From Acutalibacteraceae bacterium (GTDB lineage Bacteria > Bacillota > Clostridia > Oscillospirales > Acutalibacteraceae): a DNA stretch of 64,000 nucleotides. The notes below the pieces were generated by a model. It saw only the letters and a list, made by a program, of their open reading frames with translations. It did not search any database and was not told where the DNA came from. The position numbers and the translations under genes are program-made. The stretch lies in the NCBI GenBank assembly GCA_045633725.1, contig JAZQYX010000033.1, positions 9,969 through 73,968 on the forward strand, read 5' to 3'. Positions 20,286 to 29,623 of the stretch are shown here, piece after piece; position 1 is the stretch's first letter, and each line of letters opens with the position of its first letter.

Positions 20286-20410
20286 TTTCGCTCCCCTTCC
20301 CTAAAATAAAAACACTAATCCATAATAATTCATACTATTATATCATATATTAATATAAACGGCAACTATTTTTTTAAATAGTTATATATTAAATAGCAAA
20401 AACACAAAGA

Positions 20411-20439
20411 TTGACTTTTGGCTGGATTTGGGATATCAT
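20411..20439 (+). promoter_or_regulatory. SigA-type promoter for the MFS/GDPD pair
   Basis: TTGACT (20411-20416), a 17-nt spacer, then TATCAT (20434-20439). Confidence 0.6.
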
Positions 20440-20468
20440 TTACTTAAAACTAACTATTGAGGTGGCTT

Positions 20469-21800
20469 ATGAAACTAAATGTTAAACGCACCGTATTAGT
20501 CGGCTTTGCATTTTTGTCTATCCTATCATTTTGGCAATTATACGATGGTCTTGTACCAAAAATTCTAACAGGCACCTTTGGTATTGAAGAAGCCTATTCA
20601 GGCTTCATTATGGCATTCGATAATATTTTGGCGCTTTTCCTCTTGCCACTTTTCGGCTCACTTTCGGATAAGTGCAAAAGTCCTTTAGGCAAACGCCGTC
20701 CGTTTATTTTATTTGGTACCATTGCAGCGGTAATTTTAATGATGGGCTTACCGATACTTGACAACAGTTATTACTCAAACCCAAGCCCCACTAAAATCAT
20801 TTTATTTATTGTTAACTTAGGCTTACTTTTAATCGCAATGAGTACTTTCCGAAGCCCCGCCGTCGCCTTAATGCCTGATGTAACTCCGAAGCCGTTACGC
20901 AGTAAGGGTAATGCAATAATTAACCTTATGGGTGCTGTAGGTGGTGTACTTTACCTAATTATCACAAGCATACTTTATTCAAAAAGCAGAACCGAACACC
21001 TTGAGCATATAGACTATGTTCCGATATTTTTAATAGTAGGCGGAATAATGATTGTATCACTTTTGGTCGTATTATTTGGTGTGAATGAGCCTAAACTATG
21101 TAAAGAGCAAGCCGAGTATGAAGCTAACCACCCCGAAGATAATTTATCGGTTAAAGCTGAAGACTCAAAAGAAGAAAAAATGCCAAAGGCTGTGAAACGC
21201 AGTTTGATATTTCTTTTACTTTCAGTTGCGCTTTGGTATATAGGCTATAACGGTATTACCACTTGGTTTACAGTATATGCCGATAGAATGTGGGGTATGG
21301 AAATTGGACAAGCTTCCCTTTGCTTAACTGTAGCAACTGCAGGCGCTATCATAAGCTACATACCTATTGGTGTAGTATCGGGGCGTTTTGGCAGAAAGCT
21401 TATTATAATGCTTGGTGTAATACTTCTTGCTGCCTGCTTCTTTGTAGGATATGTTTATACACTTTTATATCACGAATTCCACTTTGTACTTTTGATACTT
21501 TTCGCCCTTGTAGGTGTTGCTTGGGCAGCAATAAATGTTAACAGTTTTCCAATGGTTGTAGAAATGTGTTCAGGAAGCGCAATTGGTAAATTTACCGGTC
21601 TTTACTACACCTTTAGTATGTTGGCACAAATTGTTACCCCTGTCCTTGCAGGTAAACTATTGGAAATAAGCTACAAAACACTCTTCCCCTACGCTGCAAT
21701 TGCGGTTGCACTTGCCTTTGTAACAATGTGCTTTGTAAAACACGGAGATAATAAAGTTACTGTAAAAAAAGGTTTGGAGGCCTTTGATATTGATGATTAG
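20469..21800 (+). CDS. MFS transporter (GPH/SLC45-like subfamily)
   Basis: 12 TM helices and the loop motif GKRRPFILFGT. I chose ATG 20469 because GAGGTG (20459-20464) lies upstream of it. The ORF track uses TTG at 20457. Confidence 0.8.
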   Translation: MKLNVKRTVLVGFAFLSILSFWQLYDGLVPKILTGTFGIEEAYSGFIMAFDNILALFLLPLFGSLSDKCKSPLGKRRPFILFGTIAAVILMMGLPILDNSYYSNPSPTKIILFIVNLGLLLIAMSTFRSPAVALMPDVTPKPLRSKGNAIINLMGAVGGVLYLIITSILYSKSRTEHLEHIDYVPIFLIVGGIMIVSLLVVLFGVNEPKLCKEQAEYEANHPEDNLSVKAEDSKEEKMPKAVKRSLIFLLLSVALWYIGYNGITTWFTVYADRMWGMEIGQASLCLTVATAGAIISYIPIGVVSGRFGRKLIIMLGVILLAACFFVGYVYTLLYHEFHFVLLILFALVGVAWAAINVNSFPMVVEMCSGSAIGKFTGLYYTFSMLAQIVTPVLAGKLLEISYKTLFPYAAIAVALAFVTMCFVKHGDNKVTVKKGLEAFDIDD

Positions 21801-22605
21801 TATTACAATAATTTTAATAATTATTGTCGCTTTGTTTTTACTTTATCTTTTTGCTCTTGGCGGTAGAATAGGCTTTACCGATTTTAAAGATTTCAAACAG
21901 TCCCCCTTTGCTCATCGCGGACTTTTTGGAAAAGGTATTCCCGAAAATAGCCTTAAAGCCTTTAAAAATGCAATATCAGGCGGCTATGGTGCCGAGCTTG
22001 ATGTACATTTAACCAAGGACGGTAAATTAGCGGTTATTCACGATAGCTCAATATTAAGAACTACAGGCGTAGACCTTAATATTGAAGACTTAACACTCTC
22101 ACAAGCCCAAAGCTATAATTTAGAAGGCACAAGCGAAAAAATTCCTTCATTAGAAGAAGTTTTAGCGCTTTTTGAAAATAAATATCCGCTTATAATTGAG
22201 CTTAAATCAACAACCAATAATGTAAACGAGCTTTGTAAGGCGACTGCCAAAGTATTAGATAATTATACGGGCGTTTACTGTATAGAAAGCTTTGATCCAA
22301 GGTGTGTTAGGTGGTTTTACAAAAATAGACCAAATGTTATACGCGGTCAATTATCGACAAACTTTTTTAAAGATAAAAATCTAGAAAAAGATTTTTTTAA
22401 AAAACTTGTTATGTCGCTACTGCTTACAAACTTTTTAACAAAGCCCGATTTTATTGCTTTCGATTTTGAGCATAGAAATTTCTTTTCTTTTCGCCTTGCT
22501 ACAGAACTTTTAAAACTTCAAAAAGTTGGTTGGACAATTAAAACTAAAGCCGATATTAAAACTGCAGTCAAAGAAGATATGATACCAATTTTTGAAGATA
22601 GATAA
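21784..22605 (+). CDS. Glycerophosphodiester phosphodiesterase family protein with N-terminal TM anchor
   Basis: GDPD motifs HRG..PENSLKAF, ELDVHLTKDGKLAVIHD and IELK. It overlaps the MFS gene by 17 nt. Confidence 0.85.
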   Translation: MILMISITIILIIIVALFLLYLFALGGRIGFTDFKDFKQSPFAHRGLFGKGIPENSLKAFKNAISGGYGAELDVHLTKDGKLAVIHDSSILRTTGVDLNIEDLTLSQAQSYNLEGTSEKIPSLEEVLALFENKYPLIIELKSTTNNVNELCKATAKVLDNYTGVYCIESFDPRCVRWFYKNRPNVIRGQLSTNFFKDKNLEKDFFKKLVMSLLLTNFLTKPDFIAFDFEHRNFFSFRLATELLKLQKVGWTIKTKADIKTAVKEDMIPIFEDR

Positions 22606-22620
22606 TCAAAAATATATAGC

Positions 22621-22650
22621 AACAGCCCCCTCTTAATTGAGGAGGCTGTT
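22621..22650 (+). terminator. Rho-independent terminator
   Basis: AACAGCCCCCTC / GAGGAGGCTGTT hairpin followed by a T-rich tract. Confidence 0.7.
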
Positions 22651-22842
22651 ATTATATTAAATGTTTTCCTTTACAAATTGGTTATTTAAAAGTATGTATA
22701 TTTAAGACCTATATCCTTATAACAGCTCGCATAGTTCCTAAAAATATCCGTCAAACTTTTGTTAAATTGTTAAAAAAATATCAATATTTTTGCGGTTTTC
22801 CCTCAATTTTGAAAATTCTTTGTTAAATTATTAACAAACCTA

Positions 22843-22871
22843 TTGACATCGTATTATCCTACGCATATAAT
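22843..22871 (+). promoter_or_regulatory. Consensus SigA promoter of serC-serA
   Basis: TTGACA (22843-22848), a 17-nt spacer, then TATAAT (22866-22871). Both hexamers match consensus perfectly. Confidence 0.8.
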
Positions 22872-22911
22872 AGGATACATATTTTAAAAAATTGTTTTGG
22901 AGGTCATTATT

Positions 22912-23994
22912 ATGGCAAGAGTTTATAATTTTAGCGCAGGTCCTTCTATGTTACCCGAAGAGGTTTTGAAGACCGCAGCAGCAGAAATGTTAGAATACGG
23001 TGAAAGCGGACAATCCGTAATGGAGATGTCACACCGTTCAAAAGAATATCAAGCAATTTTCGACGAGGCTGAAGCTAATCTTCGCGAGATTATGAACATC
23101 CCCGAAAATTACGAAGTGTTGTTCTTACAAGGCGGTGCTTCTACCCAATTTGCAATGATTCCCTTAAACCTTATGAACAAGAACAATAAGGCAGACTTTA
23201 TTATCACCGGTCAGTGGGCTAACAAGGCTTATAAGGAAGCTGCTCGCTATGGTTCAGCTCGCGAGGTTGCATCTTCTAAGGATAAAACCTTTAGCTACAT
23301 CCCCAAGACCACAGCCAAAGACTTCGATCCCGAAGCCGACTTTGTTCACATTTGTATGAACAACACCATTTACGGTACTAAATATAACGAATTGCCCGAT
23401 ACAGGCGATGTTCCGCTTATTGCAGATATTTCAAGCTGCATTTTGTCAGAGCCGATTGATGTTTCTAAATTTGGTATGCTTTATGCAGGCGCTCAAAAGA
23501 ATGTTGCTCCCGCAGGTGTTACAATTGTTATTATCCGCAAGGATTTATTAGGCAACGCTATGGATATTACTCCTACAATGCTTAACTATGTTACCCACTC
23601 TGAAAACGGCTCTATGTTCAATACTCCCCCTTGCTACACAATCTATGTTGCAGGTCTTACATTTAAATGGATTAAGAAAATGGGTGGACTCCAAAAGATG
23701 AAGGAATTAAACGAAAAGAAAGCTAAAATTCTTTACGATTTCCTTGATAATAGCAAGCTTTTCAAGGGTACCGTTGTTCCCGAAGACCGTTCACTTATGA
23801 ATGTTCCGTTTGTAACAGGTAACGACGAATTAGATGCTAAATTCGTTGCTGAATCTAAAAAAGCAGGTTTCGTAAACCTTAAAGGTCACCGTTCTGTTGG
23901 CGGTATGCGTGCTTCTATCTACAACGCAATGCCAATCGAAGGTGTAGAAAAGCTTGTAGCATTTATGAAGAAATTTGAAGAGGAGAATATCTAA
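22912..23994 (+). CDS. serC: Phosphoserine aminotransferase SerC
   Basis: MARVYNFSAGPSMLPEEVL N-terminus and the class V aminotransferase fold. ATG 22912 lies 8 nt after GGAGG (22899-22903). The ORF track uses TTG at 22897. Confidence 0.92.
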   Translation: MARVYNFSAGPSMLPEEVLKTAAAEMLEYGESGQSVMEMSHRSKEYQAIFDEAEANLREIMNIPENYEVLFLQGGASTQFAMIPLNLMNKNNKADFIITGQWANKAYKEAARYGSAREVASSKDKTFSYIPKTTAKDFDPEADFVHICMNNTIYGTKYNELPDTGDVPLIADISSCILSEPIDVSKFGMLYAGAQKNVAPAGVTIVIIRKDLLGNAMDITPTMLNYVTHSENGSMFNTPPCYTIYVAGLTFKWIKKMGGLQKMKELNEKKAKILYDFLDNSKLFKGTVVPEDRSLMNVPFVTGNDELDAKFVAESKKAGFVNLKGHRSVGGMRASIYNAMPIEGVEKLVAFMKKFEEENI

Positions 23995-25154
23995 TGTATA
24001 AGATTAAAACATATAATAAAATTTCGAAATCCGGTCTTGCTAATTTCGATGACAAGTATACAGTAGGCGATGAAGTAGAAAACGCAGACGGTGCGATTGT
24101 ACGTTCTGCCGCTTTACATGATACCGAGTTCCCCGCATCTTTACAAGCAATAGCTCGCGCAGGTGCCGGTACAAATAATATTCCAATTGACCGTTGCAGT
24201 GAACAGGGTATTGTTGTTTTCAACACCCCGGGTGCTAATGCAAACGCTGTTAAAGAACTTGTAATAGCAGGTCTTTTCATTTCTTCACGCCGCGTAATTT
24301 CGGGTATTGAATGGGCTAAAACCTTAAAGGGTAATGGCGATGAAGTTGGCAAAATGGTTGAAAAGGGCAAGTCTGCTTTCGCAGGCCCCGAAATCAAGGG
24401 CAAAAAGCTTGGTGTTATCGGTCTTGGCGCAATCGGTGTTATGGTTGCTAATGCCGCTAACTCTTTAGGTATGAAGGTTTACGGTTACGACCCCTATTTG
24501 TCGGTTAAATCGGCTTGGAATTTGAACCACAATGCAGTTTATATAAGCGATATTAACGAAATCTATGCTGAATGTGACTATATTACAATTCATGTTCCTC
24601 TCACCGATTCTACTAAAAATCTTGTAAACGCTGACACTATTGCTAAAATGAAAGACGGTGTTCGCATTCTTAACTTCTCACGTGCCGCTTTGGTTAACAG
24701 CACCGACCTTAAAGCTGCTTTAGAAGCAGGCAAGGTTGCCGCTTATGTTACCGACTTCCCAACCGAAGATGTTTTGGATGTTGACGGCATTATAGCTATC
24801 CCCCACCTTGGCGCATCTACTCCCGAATCGGAAGAAAACTGCGCTACAATGGCAGCTAAAGAGCTTATTGACTATATCGAAAACGGTAACATTGTAAACT
24901 CTGTTAACCTACCCGAAATCACAATGCCCCGTAGCGGTAAAAACCGTGTTTGCGTAATCCATAAGAACATCCCCAATATGCTTACTAAGATTACAGGTAT
25001 AATCGCTGATGACAATATAAACATTGAAAATCTTCTTAATAAGTCACGCGGTGACTATGCTTACACTATGCTTGATATAGATGACGCTGACATAGCACAG
25101 CTCGAAACCGAAATCAAGGCAATTGAAGGCGTTATCCGCGTTCGTATAATCTAA
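23994..25154 (+). CDS. serA: D-3-phosphoglycerate dehydrogenase SerA (with C-terminal ACT domain)
   Basis: 2-hydroxyacid dehydrogenase NAD site GVIGLGAIG, HLGAST, and a C-terminal ACT-like segment. It is adjacent to serC. Confidence 0.88.
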   Translation: MYKIKTYNKISKSGLANFDDKYTVGDEVENADGAIVRSAALHDTEFPASLQAIARAGAGTNNIPIDRCSEQGIVVFNTPGANANAVKELVIAGLFISSRRVISGIEWAKTLKGNGDEVGKMVEKGKSAFAGPEIKGKKLGVIGLGAIGVMVANAANSLGMKVYGYDPYLSVKSAWNLNHNAVYISDINEIYAECDYITIHVPLTDSTKNLVNADTIAKMKDGVRILNFSRAALVNSTDLKAALEAGKVAAYVTDFPTEDVLDVDGIIAIPHLGASTPESEENCATMAAKELIDYIENGNIVNSVNLPEITMPRSGKNRVCVIHKNIPNMLTKITGIIADDNINIENLLNKSRGDYAYTMLDIDDADIAQLETEIKAIEGVIRVRII

Positions 25155-25174
25155 TTAAATTTTCAAAAGTGTTT

Positions 25175-25208
25175 AGACTCTCTTTTTTCAAAGGGAGTCT
25201 TTACTTTT
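25175..25208 (+). terminator. Rho-independent terminator after serA
   Basis: AGACTC / GAGTCT hairpin (25175-25200) followed by TTTACTTTT. Confidence 0.55.
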
Positions 25209-25242
25209 GCTTTAAATTGTAGTAAAATGAATAAGTTAGGCG

Positions 25243-26475
25243 GTGAAAGAATTGAAGAATGTTGTAATTATAGGCGGCGGCGCGGCAGGTCTTATGGCAG
25301 CAATTACAAGCGCCGATAAAAGCAAAGTTACCCTTGTTGAAAAAAACGCCAAGGTTGGCAGAAAGCTTATGATAACTGGCAAGGGCAGATGTAATGTTTG
25401 CAACAACTGTGATATTGATACCCTTATAAACAACATTCCAAAAAACGCTAAATTTTTGTATTCCGCCTTTTCTATGTTTTCACCACAGGAACTTATGGAG
25501 TTTTTTGAAAGCAGAAAAGTACCCTTAAAAACCGAACGCGGAAATAGGGTTTTTCCCGTTTCAGATAAGGCGGTAGATATTGTTGATGCTTTATATAATG
25601 CGGTAATTAAAAGTGGCGCTAAAATTATAAATGCTACCGCCGAAAAGCTTATAACAAAAGAAAATAAGGTTATAGGTGTAAAGCTTCAAAACGGTGATAT
25701 TTTACCCGCCGATAGCGTTATTTTAACCACAGGCGGTATGTCCTACCCACTTACAGGCTCTACGGGTGACGGATATAAAATGGCAAAGGAACTCGGTCAT
25801 ACGGTAACCGAATTGAAGCCGTCGTTAGTACCGCTTACTATTCACGAAGGCTTTTGCACGCGCCTTTCGGGACTAAGCCTCAAAAATGTTACACTAAGTG
25901 TTTTTGAGGATGGTAAGAAAAAGCCGTTATTCTCCGAACTTGGTGAAATGCTTCTTACCCATTTCGGTATATCGGGACCTCTGGTACTTTCAGCATCATC
26001 CCATATACGCTATATGGGTAAAAAACAGTATATCGCCTTTATTGATTTAAAACCCGCGCTTACAAAAGAACTGCTTGACAACCGCATTTTAAGGGATTTC
26101 AGTGAAGAGCAAAATAAAGACTTTGCAAACTCTTTAGACAAGCTTTTACCCAAAAGCCTAATCCCCGTTATCGTTAAATTATCAGGTATAGAAGGAAATC
26201 TGAAAGTTAATCAAATAACCAAGGAACAACGCTTAAAGCTTATTGATATAATCAAGGCATTACCGCTTCATATAACAGGTTTCAGACCTATTGAAGAAGC
26301 AATTATCACTTCGGGTGGTATTTCGGTTAAAGAAATAACTCCGCAAACTATGGAATCCAAACTTATAAGCGGTCTTTACTTTGCGGGTGAAATAATTGAT
26401 GTTGATGCCTACACAGGCGGATTTAATTTACAAATCGCATTTTCAACCGGCTTTATGGCAGGCAAAAATGCTTAA
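25243..26475 (+). CDS. NAD(P)/FAD-dependent oxidoreductase, HI0933/BaiN family
   Basis: N-terminal VVIIGGGAAGLMAA dinucleotide fold, KGRCN motif, and C-terminal GEIIDVDAYTGGFNLQ. The GTG start is uncertain. Confidence 0.85.
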   Translation: MKELKNVVIIGGGAAGLMAAITSADKSKVTLVEKNAKVGRKLMITGKGRCNVCNNCDIDTLINNIPKNAKFLYSAFSMFSPQELMEFFESRKVPLKTERGNRVFPVSDKAVDIVDALYNAVIKSGAKIINATAEKLITKENKVIGVKLQNGDILPADSVILTTGGMSYPLTGSTGDGYKMAKELGHTVTELKPSLVPLTIHEGFCTRLSGLSLKNVTLSVFEDGKKKPLFSELGEMLLTHFGISGPLVLSASSHIRYMGKKQYIAFIDLKPALTKELLDNRILRDFSEEQNKDFANSLDKLLPKSLIPVIVKLSGIEGNLKVNQITKEQRLKLIDIIKALPLHITGFRPIEEAIITSGGISVKEITPQTMESKLISGLYFAGEIIDVDAYTGGFNLQIAFSTGFMAGKNA

Positions 26476-26490
26476 AGAAAGGATATTATT

Positions 26491-27159
26491 ATGATTTCAG
26501 TAGCAATTGACGGCCCTGCAGGCGCAGGCAAAAGTACATTATCACGCAAAACCGCAGAAAATTTAGGTTTTATTTATGTTGATACAGGTGCGCTTTACCG
26601 TACTGTAGGCCTTAAATTTTCAAGAATGGGCGCAGACACCAACTTAGATTGCGATATCGAAGGCATTTTAGCAAATACTACCGTAGATATCCGCTTTGTA
26701 GACGGTGAGCAAAGAGTATTTTTAGACGGTGAAGATGTATCCGAAGCTATCAGAACTCCTGCGGCTTCTATGATGGCTTCTGCTGTTTCGGCAAAACCGC
26801 CCGTACGCGCTTTCTTACTTGAAATGCAAAGAAAATTAGCAAGAGAAAATAATGTTGTTATGGATGGCCGCGATATCGGTACTGTGGTACTTCCTAATGC
26901 TACAGTTAAAATTTACCTTACCGCTTCCGCAGAAGACCGCGCTAAGCGCCGTTATGACGAGTTAATCCAAAAAGGCACAACTGTTACCTTTAAAGAAGTT
27001 TATGACGATATGGTACAGCGTGACTACAACGATATGCACCGCGAAATAGCACCTCTAAAACAAGCAGATGATGCCATTTTAGCTGACACTTCAGGATATG
27101 AATTCGAAGATTCATTAGCGCTTTTACTTAAAATTGTAAAGGATAATACTAATTTATGA
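26491..27159 (+). CDS. cmk: Cytidylate kinase
   Basis: AIDGPAGAGKST P-loop, DTGALYR and GRDIGTVV motifs. Confidence 0.93.
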   Translation: MISVAIDGPAGAGKSTLSRKTAENLGFIYVDTGALYRTVGLKFSRMGADTNLDCDIEGILANTTVDIRFVDGEQRVFLDGEDVSEAIRTPAASMMASAVSAKPPVRAFLLEMQRKLARENNVVMDGRDIGTVVLPNATVKIYLTASAEDRAKRRYDELIQKGTTVTFKEVYDDMVQRDYNDMHREIAPLKQADDAILADTSGYEFEDSLALLLKIVKDNTNL

Positions 27160-29192
27160 AAATAACACTTGCCAAGACGGCAGGCTTTTGCTTTGGAGTA
27201 AATGCGGCAGTACAAACTGTTTACGATCTTTTAGAAGATAACAAAAAGGTTTGCACATTAGGACCCATAATACACAATCCGCAATTGGTAGCCGATTTAG
27301 AAGCCAAAGGAGTACGAATAGTTGATTCTCCAAACGAAGTTAAAGAAAACGAAACTTTGGTTATACGCTCACACGGTGTAGAAAAATCGGTATTGGATTT
27401 ATGCGATAGTCAAAATATAAATTATGTTAATGCAACCTGCCCGTTTGTTGCGAAAATTCATAAAATAGTAGCCGAATATTCAAAGCAAGGCTATACAACA
27501 ATAATTGCAGGTGACAAGAATCACCAAGAGGTTAAGGGCATAATCGGTCACACCGAAGGTGAATGCCATGTGATAGCCGACACTGATGAATTAGACAATT
27601 TGCTCAAAAATAATCCAAATTTAGCATTAGAAAATGTAACATTGGTTTCGCAGACAACTTTTAATTCAAAAATATGGAAAAAAGTTCAAAAAAAATTAAA
27701 AAAAGTATGTACAAATGCGAAAATTTTTGATACAATGTGTAATGCAACTTCTTTGCGTCAGGAAGAAGCTCATACCCTGTCGCTTTTAAGCGATGGCGTA
27801 GTAGTTATTGGCGGAAAACACAGTTCCAATACCGCCAAACTATACGATGTATGTAAGCTTAACTGCGAAAAAACTTTTCTTATTGAAACAGCGAGTGAAT
27901 TACCGCTTGAAGTTTTAAAGGACTGTGAAAACATTGGAGTTGTTGCGGGTGCATCTACACCTGCAGGTATAATAAAGGAGGCCATAAAACTTATGTCGGA
28001 AAATTTACAACCGAAAGATGAACAGTTAGAAGTAGCTGTAGAAAAAACATTTGAAGAAATGACAGATGAGGAAGCATTTGAAGCATCCTTAAACAATCTT
28101 ACAGGCGACCAAAAGGTAGTAGGTACCGTTGTTGCTGTTAACTCAACTGAAGTTACAGTAGATATCGGCCGTGGCGTTACAGGTTACATAACCGCCGCTG
28201 AATTCTCTACCGATGCTAATGTAGACCTTGTAAACGAAGTTAAGGTTAACGACCAAATCAACCTTATCATTATGAAAATAAATGACCAAGAAGGAACTGC
28301 AATGTTATCAAAGCGCCGCTATGACGCTATTGCAGGTTGGGACAAAATTGCCAGTGCCAAAGAATCAGGCGAGATTTTGACAGGCATTGTTAAGGATATT
28401 ATTAAAGGTGGCGTTGTTGCTTACACAAATAATGTTCGAGTATTTATCCCCGCTTCTCAAGCCACCCTTTCAAGAAATGATTCTTTAGAAGAATTAAAAG
28501 GCAAGGAAGTTTCTTTCCGTATTATTGAAATTGGACGCGGCAGAAGAGCAATTGGCTCTATCCGTAATGTTCTTCGTGAGCAGAGAAAAGAGATGGAAGA
28601 AAAGATTTGGGCAGATATCGAAGTTGGTGACCGTTACAACGGTACCGTTAAGTCTTTGACAGGCTACGGTGCATTTGTTGATATCGGCGGCGTTGACGGT
28701 ATGGTTCACATTTCTGAACTTTCTTGGGCTCGCATTAAGAACCCTGCTGAAGTTGTTTCTGTAGGCGATGTTATTGAAGTTTATATTAAAGACCTTGATA
28801 AAGAAAAGAAGAGAATTTCTTTAGGCTACAAAAAGGCTGAGGACAATCCTTGGACCATTTTCCAGAACAACTACAATGTTGATGATGTTGTTAAGGCTAC
28901 AATCGTTAGCATGACAACCTATGGTGCATTCGCGCGCATCATCCCCGGTGTTGACGGCCTTGTTCATATTTCACAGATTGCTAACAAGCACATTGCTAAA
29001 CCACAAGATGAATTAAAAATCGGTCAAGAGGTTGATGCAAAGATTACCGCTATTGATTTAGAGCAAAAGCGTGTAAGCCTTTCTATCCGCGCGTTACTTC
29101 CCGAAGAAGTAGTAGAAGAAGCTGTTGAAGAAGTTGTAGAAGCTACCGCAGAAGAAGTTGTAGAAGCTCCTGTAGAAGAAGCAGCTGAATAA
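27156..29192 (+). CDS. ispH: Bifunctional 4-hydroxy-3-methylbut-2-enyl diphosphate reductase (IspH) / ribosomal protein S1 repeat protein
   Basis: The N-terminal ~285 aa are IspH/LytB (AGFCFGV, ATCPFV, GASTP). The C-terminal ~390 aa carry four S1 OB-fold repeats (e.g. GYGAFVDIGGVDGMVHISE). The tail is acidic and repetitive. Confidence 0.9.
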   Translation: MKITLAKTAGFCFGVNAAVQTVYDLLEDNKKVCTLGPIIHNPQLVADLEAKGVRIVDSPNEVKENETLVIRSHGVEKSVLDLCDSQNINYVNATCPFVAKIHKIVAEYSKQGYTTIIAGDKNHQEVKGIIGHTEGECHVIADTDELDNLLKNNPNLALENVTLVSQTTFNSKIWKKVQKKLKKVCTNAKIFDTMCNATSLRQEEAHTLSLLSDGVVVIGGKHSSNTAKLYDVCKLNCEKTFLIETASELPLEVLKDCENIGVVAGASTPAGIIKEAIKLMSENLQPKDEQLEVAVEKTFEEMTDEEAFEASLNNLTGDQKVVGTVVAVNSTEVTVDIGRGVTGYITAAEFSTDANVDLVNEVKVNDQINLIIMKINDQEGTAMLSKRRYDAIAGWDKIASAKESGEILTGIVKDIIKGGVVAYTNNVRVFIPASQATLSRNDSLEELKGKEVSFRIIEIGRGRRAIGSIRNVLREQRKEMEEKIWADIEVGDRYNGTVKSLTGYGAFVDIGGVDGMVHISELSWARIKNPAEVVSVGDVIEVYIKDLDKEKKRISLGYKKAEDNPWTIFQNNYNVDDVVKATIVSMTTYGAFARIIPGVDGLVHISQIANKHIAKPQDELKIGQEVDAKITAIDLEQKRVSLSIRALLPEEVVEEAVEEVVEATAEEVVEAPVEEAAE

Positions 29193-29206
29193 TCAAAGCA
29201 AAATTT

Positions 29207-29245
29207 AAGAGTATTCAAGTTTTTAACTTGAATACTCTTTTTTTA
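29207..29245. terminator. Bidirectional rho-independent terminator
   Basis: Perfect 14-bp hairpin AAGAGTATTCAAGT / ACTTGAATACTCTT, flanked by an A-run and a T-run. Confidence 0.85.
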
Positions 29246-29614
29246 ACCCTTTTTACAGCCACAGCATTTACTTTCATAAAGCTTTCCAGTATTAAGTGTT
29301 TTTTCTTCGGTTATAAAGCCTAATGTTTTAAAGATTTTCTCAGGCGCTTTTTCCGCCCATATAGCCTGCTTTAAATTACGGCTTGCCGCAATATGTAAGG
29401 TGCTTCTAAGCACTCCATCTAAAAGCATTAAATCACTTTGAGGTTCTATAGCACGGATAGTCATTTCTCCGTCTTTTATATCGAAAAGACAATAACCCAA
29501 AACTTCTTCTTTGTCTTTAGCACAAAGGCTTTCGGAATATTGGGTTATAACAAGATTTTCTTTATCAAAAAGAAGTTTTGTTTCTTCTTTTGATGCTATT
29601 TTTAAAGTAATCAT
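29243..29614 (-). CDS. Small hypothetical protein with C-terminal CCGC motif
   Basis: 123-aa ORF, 9 nt downstream of rluB on the same strand. It ends ..YESKCCGCKKG. No family was recognised with confidence. Confidence 0.55.
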   Translation of the reverse strand: MITLKIASKEETKLLFDKENLVITQYSESLCAKDKEEVLGYCLFDIKDGEMTIRAIEPQSDLMLLDGVLRSTLHIAASRNLKQAIWAEKAPEKIFKTLGFITEEKTLNTGKLYESKCCGCKKG

Positions 29615-29623
29615 TTTATCTCC

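Noticed and set aside
23963-24403. 146-aa minus-strand ORF
   Set aside because: It is antisense to the serC end and the serA start, both of which carry strong family motifs. It is a shadow ORF.
29095-29192. Tandem GAAGAAGTTGTAGAAGCT-type repeats, checked as a possible repeat array
   Set aside because: The repeats are in frame inside the ispH/S1 ORF and encode an acidic EEVVEA tail. They have no spacers and no CRISPR-like architecture.
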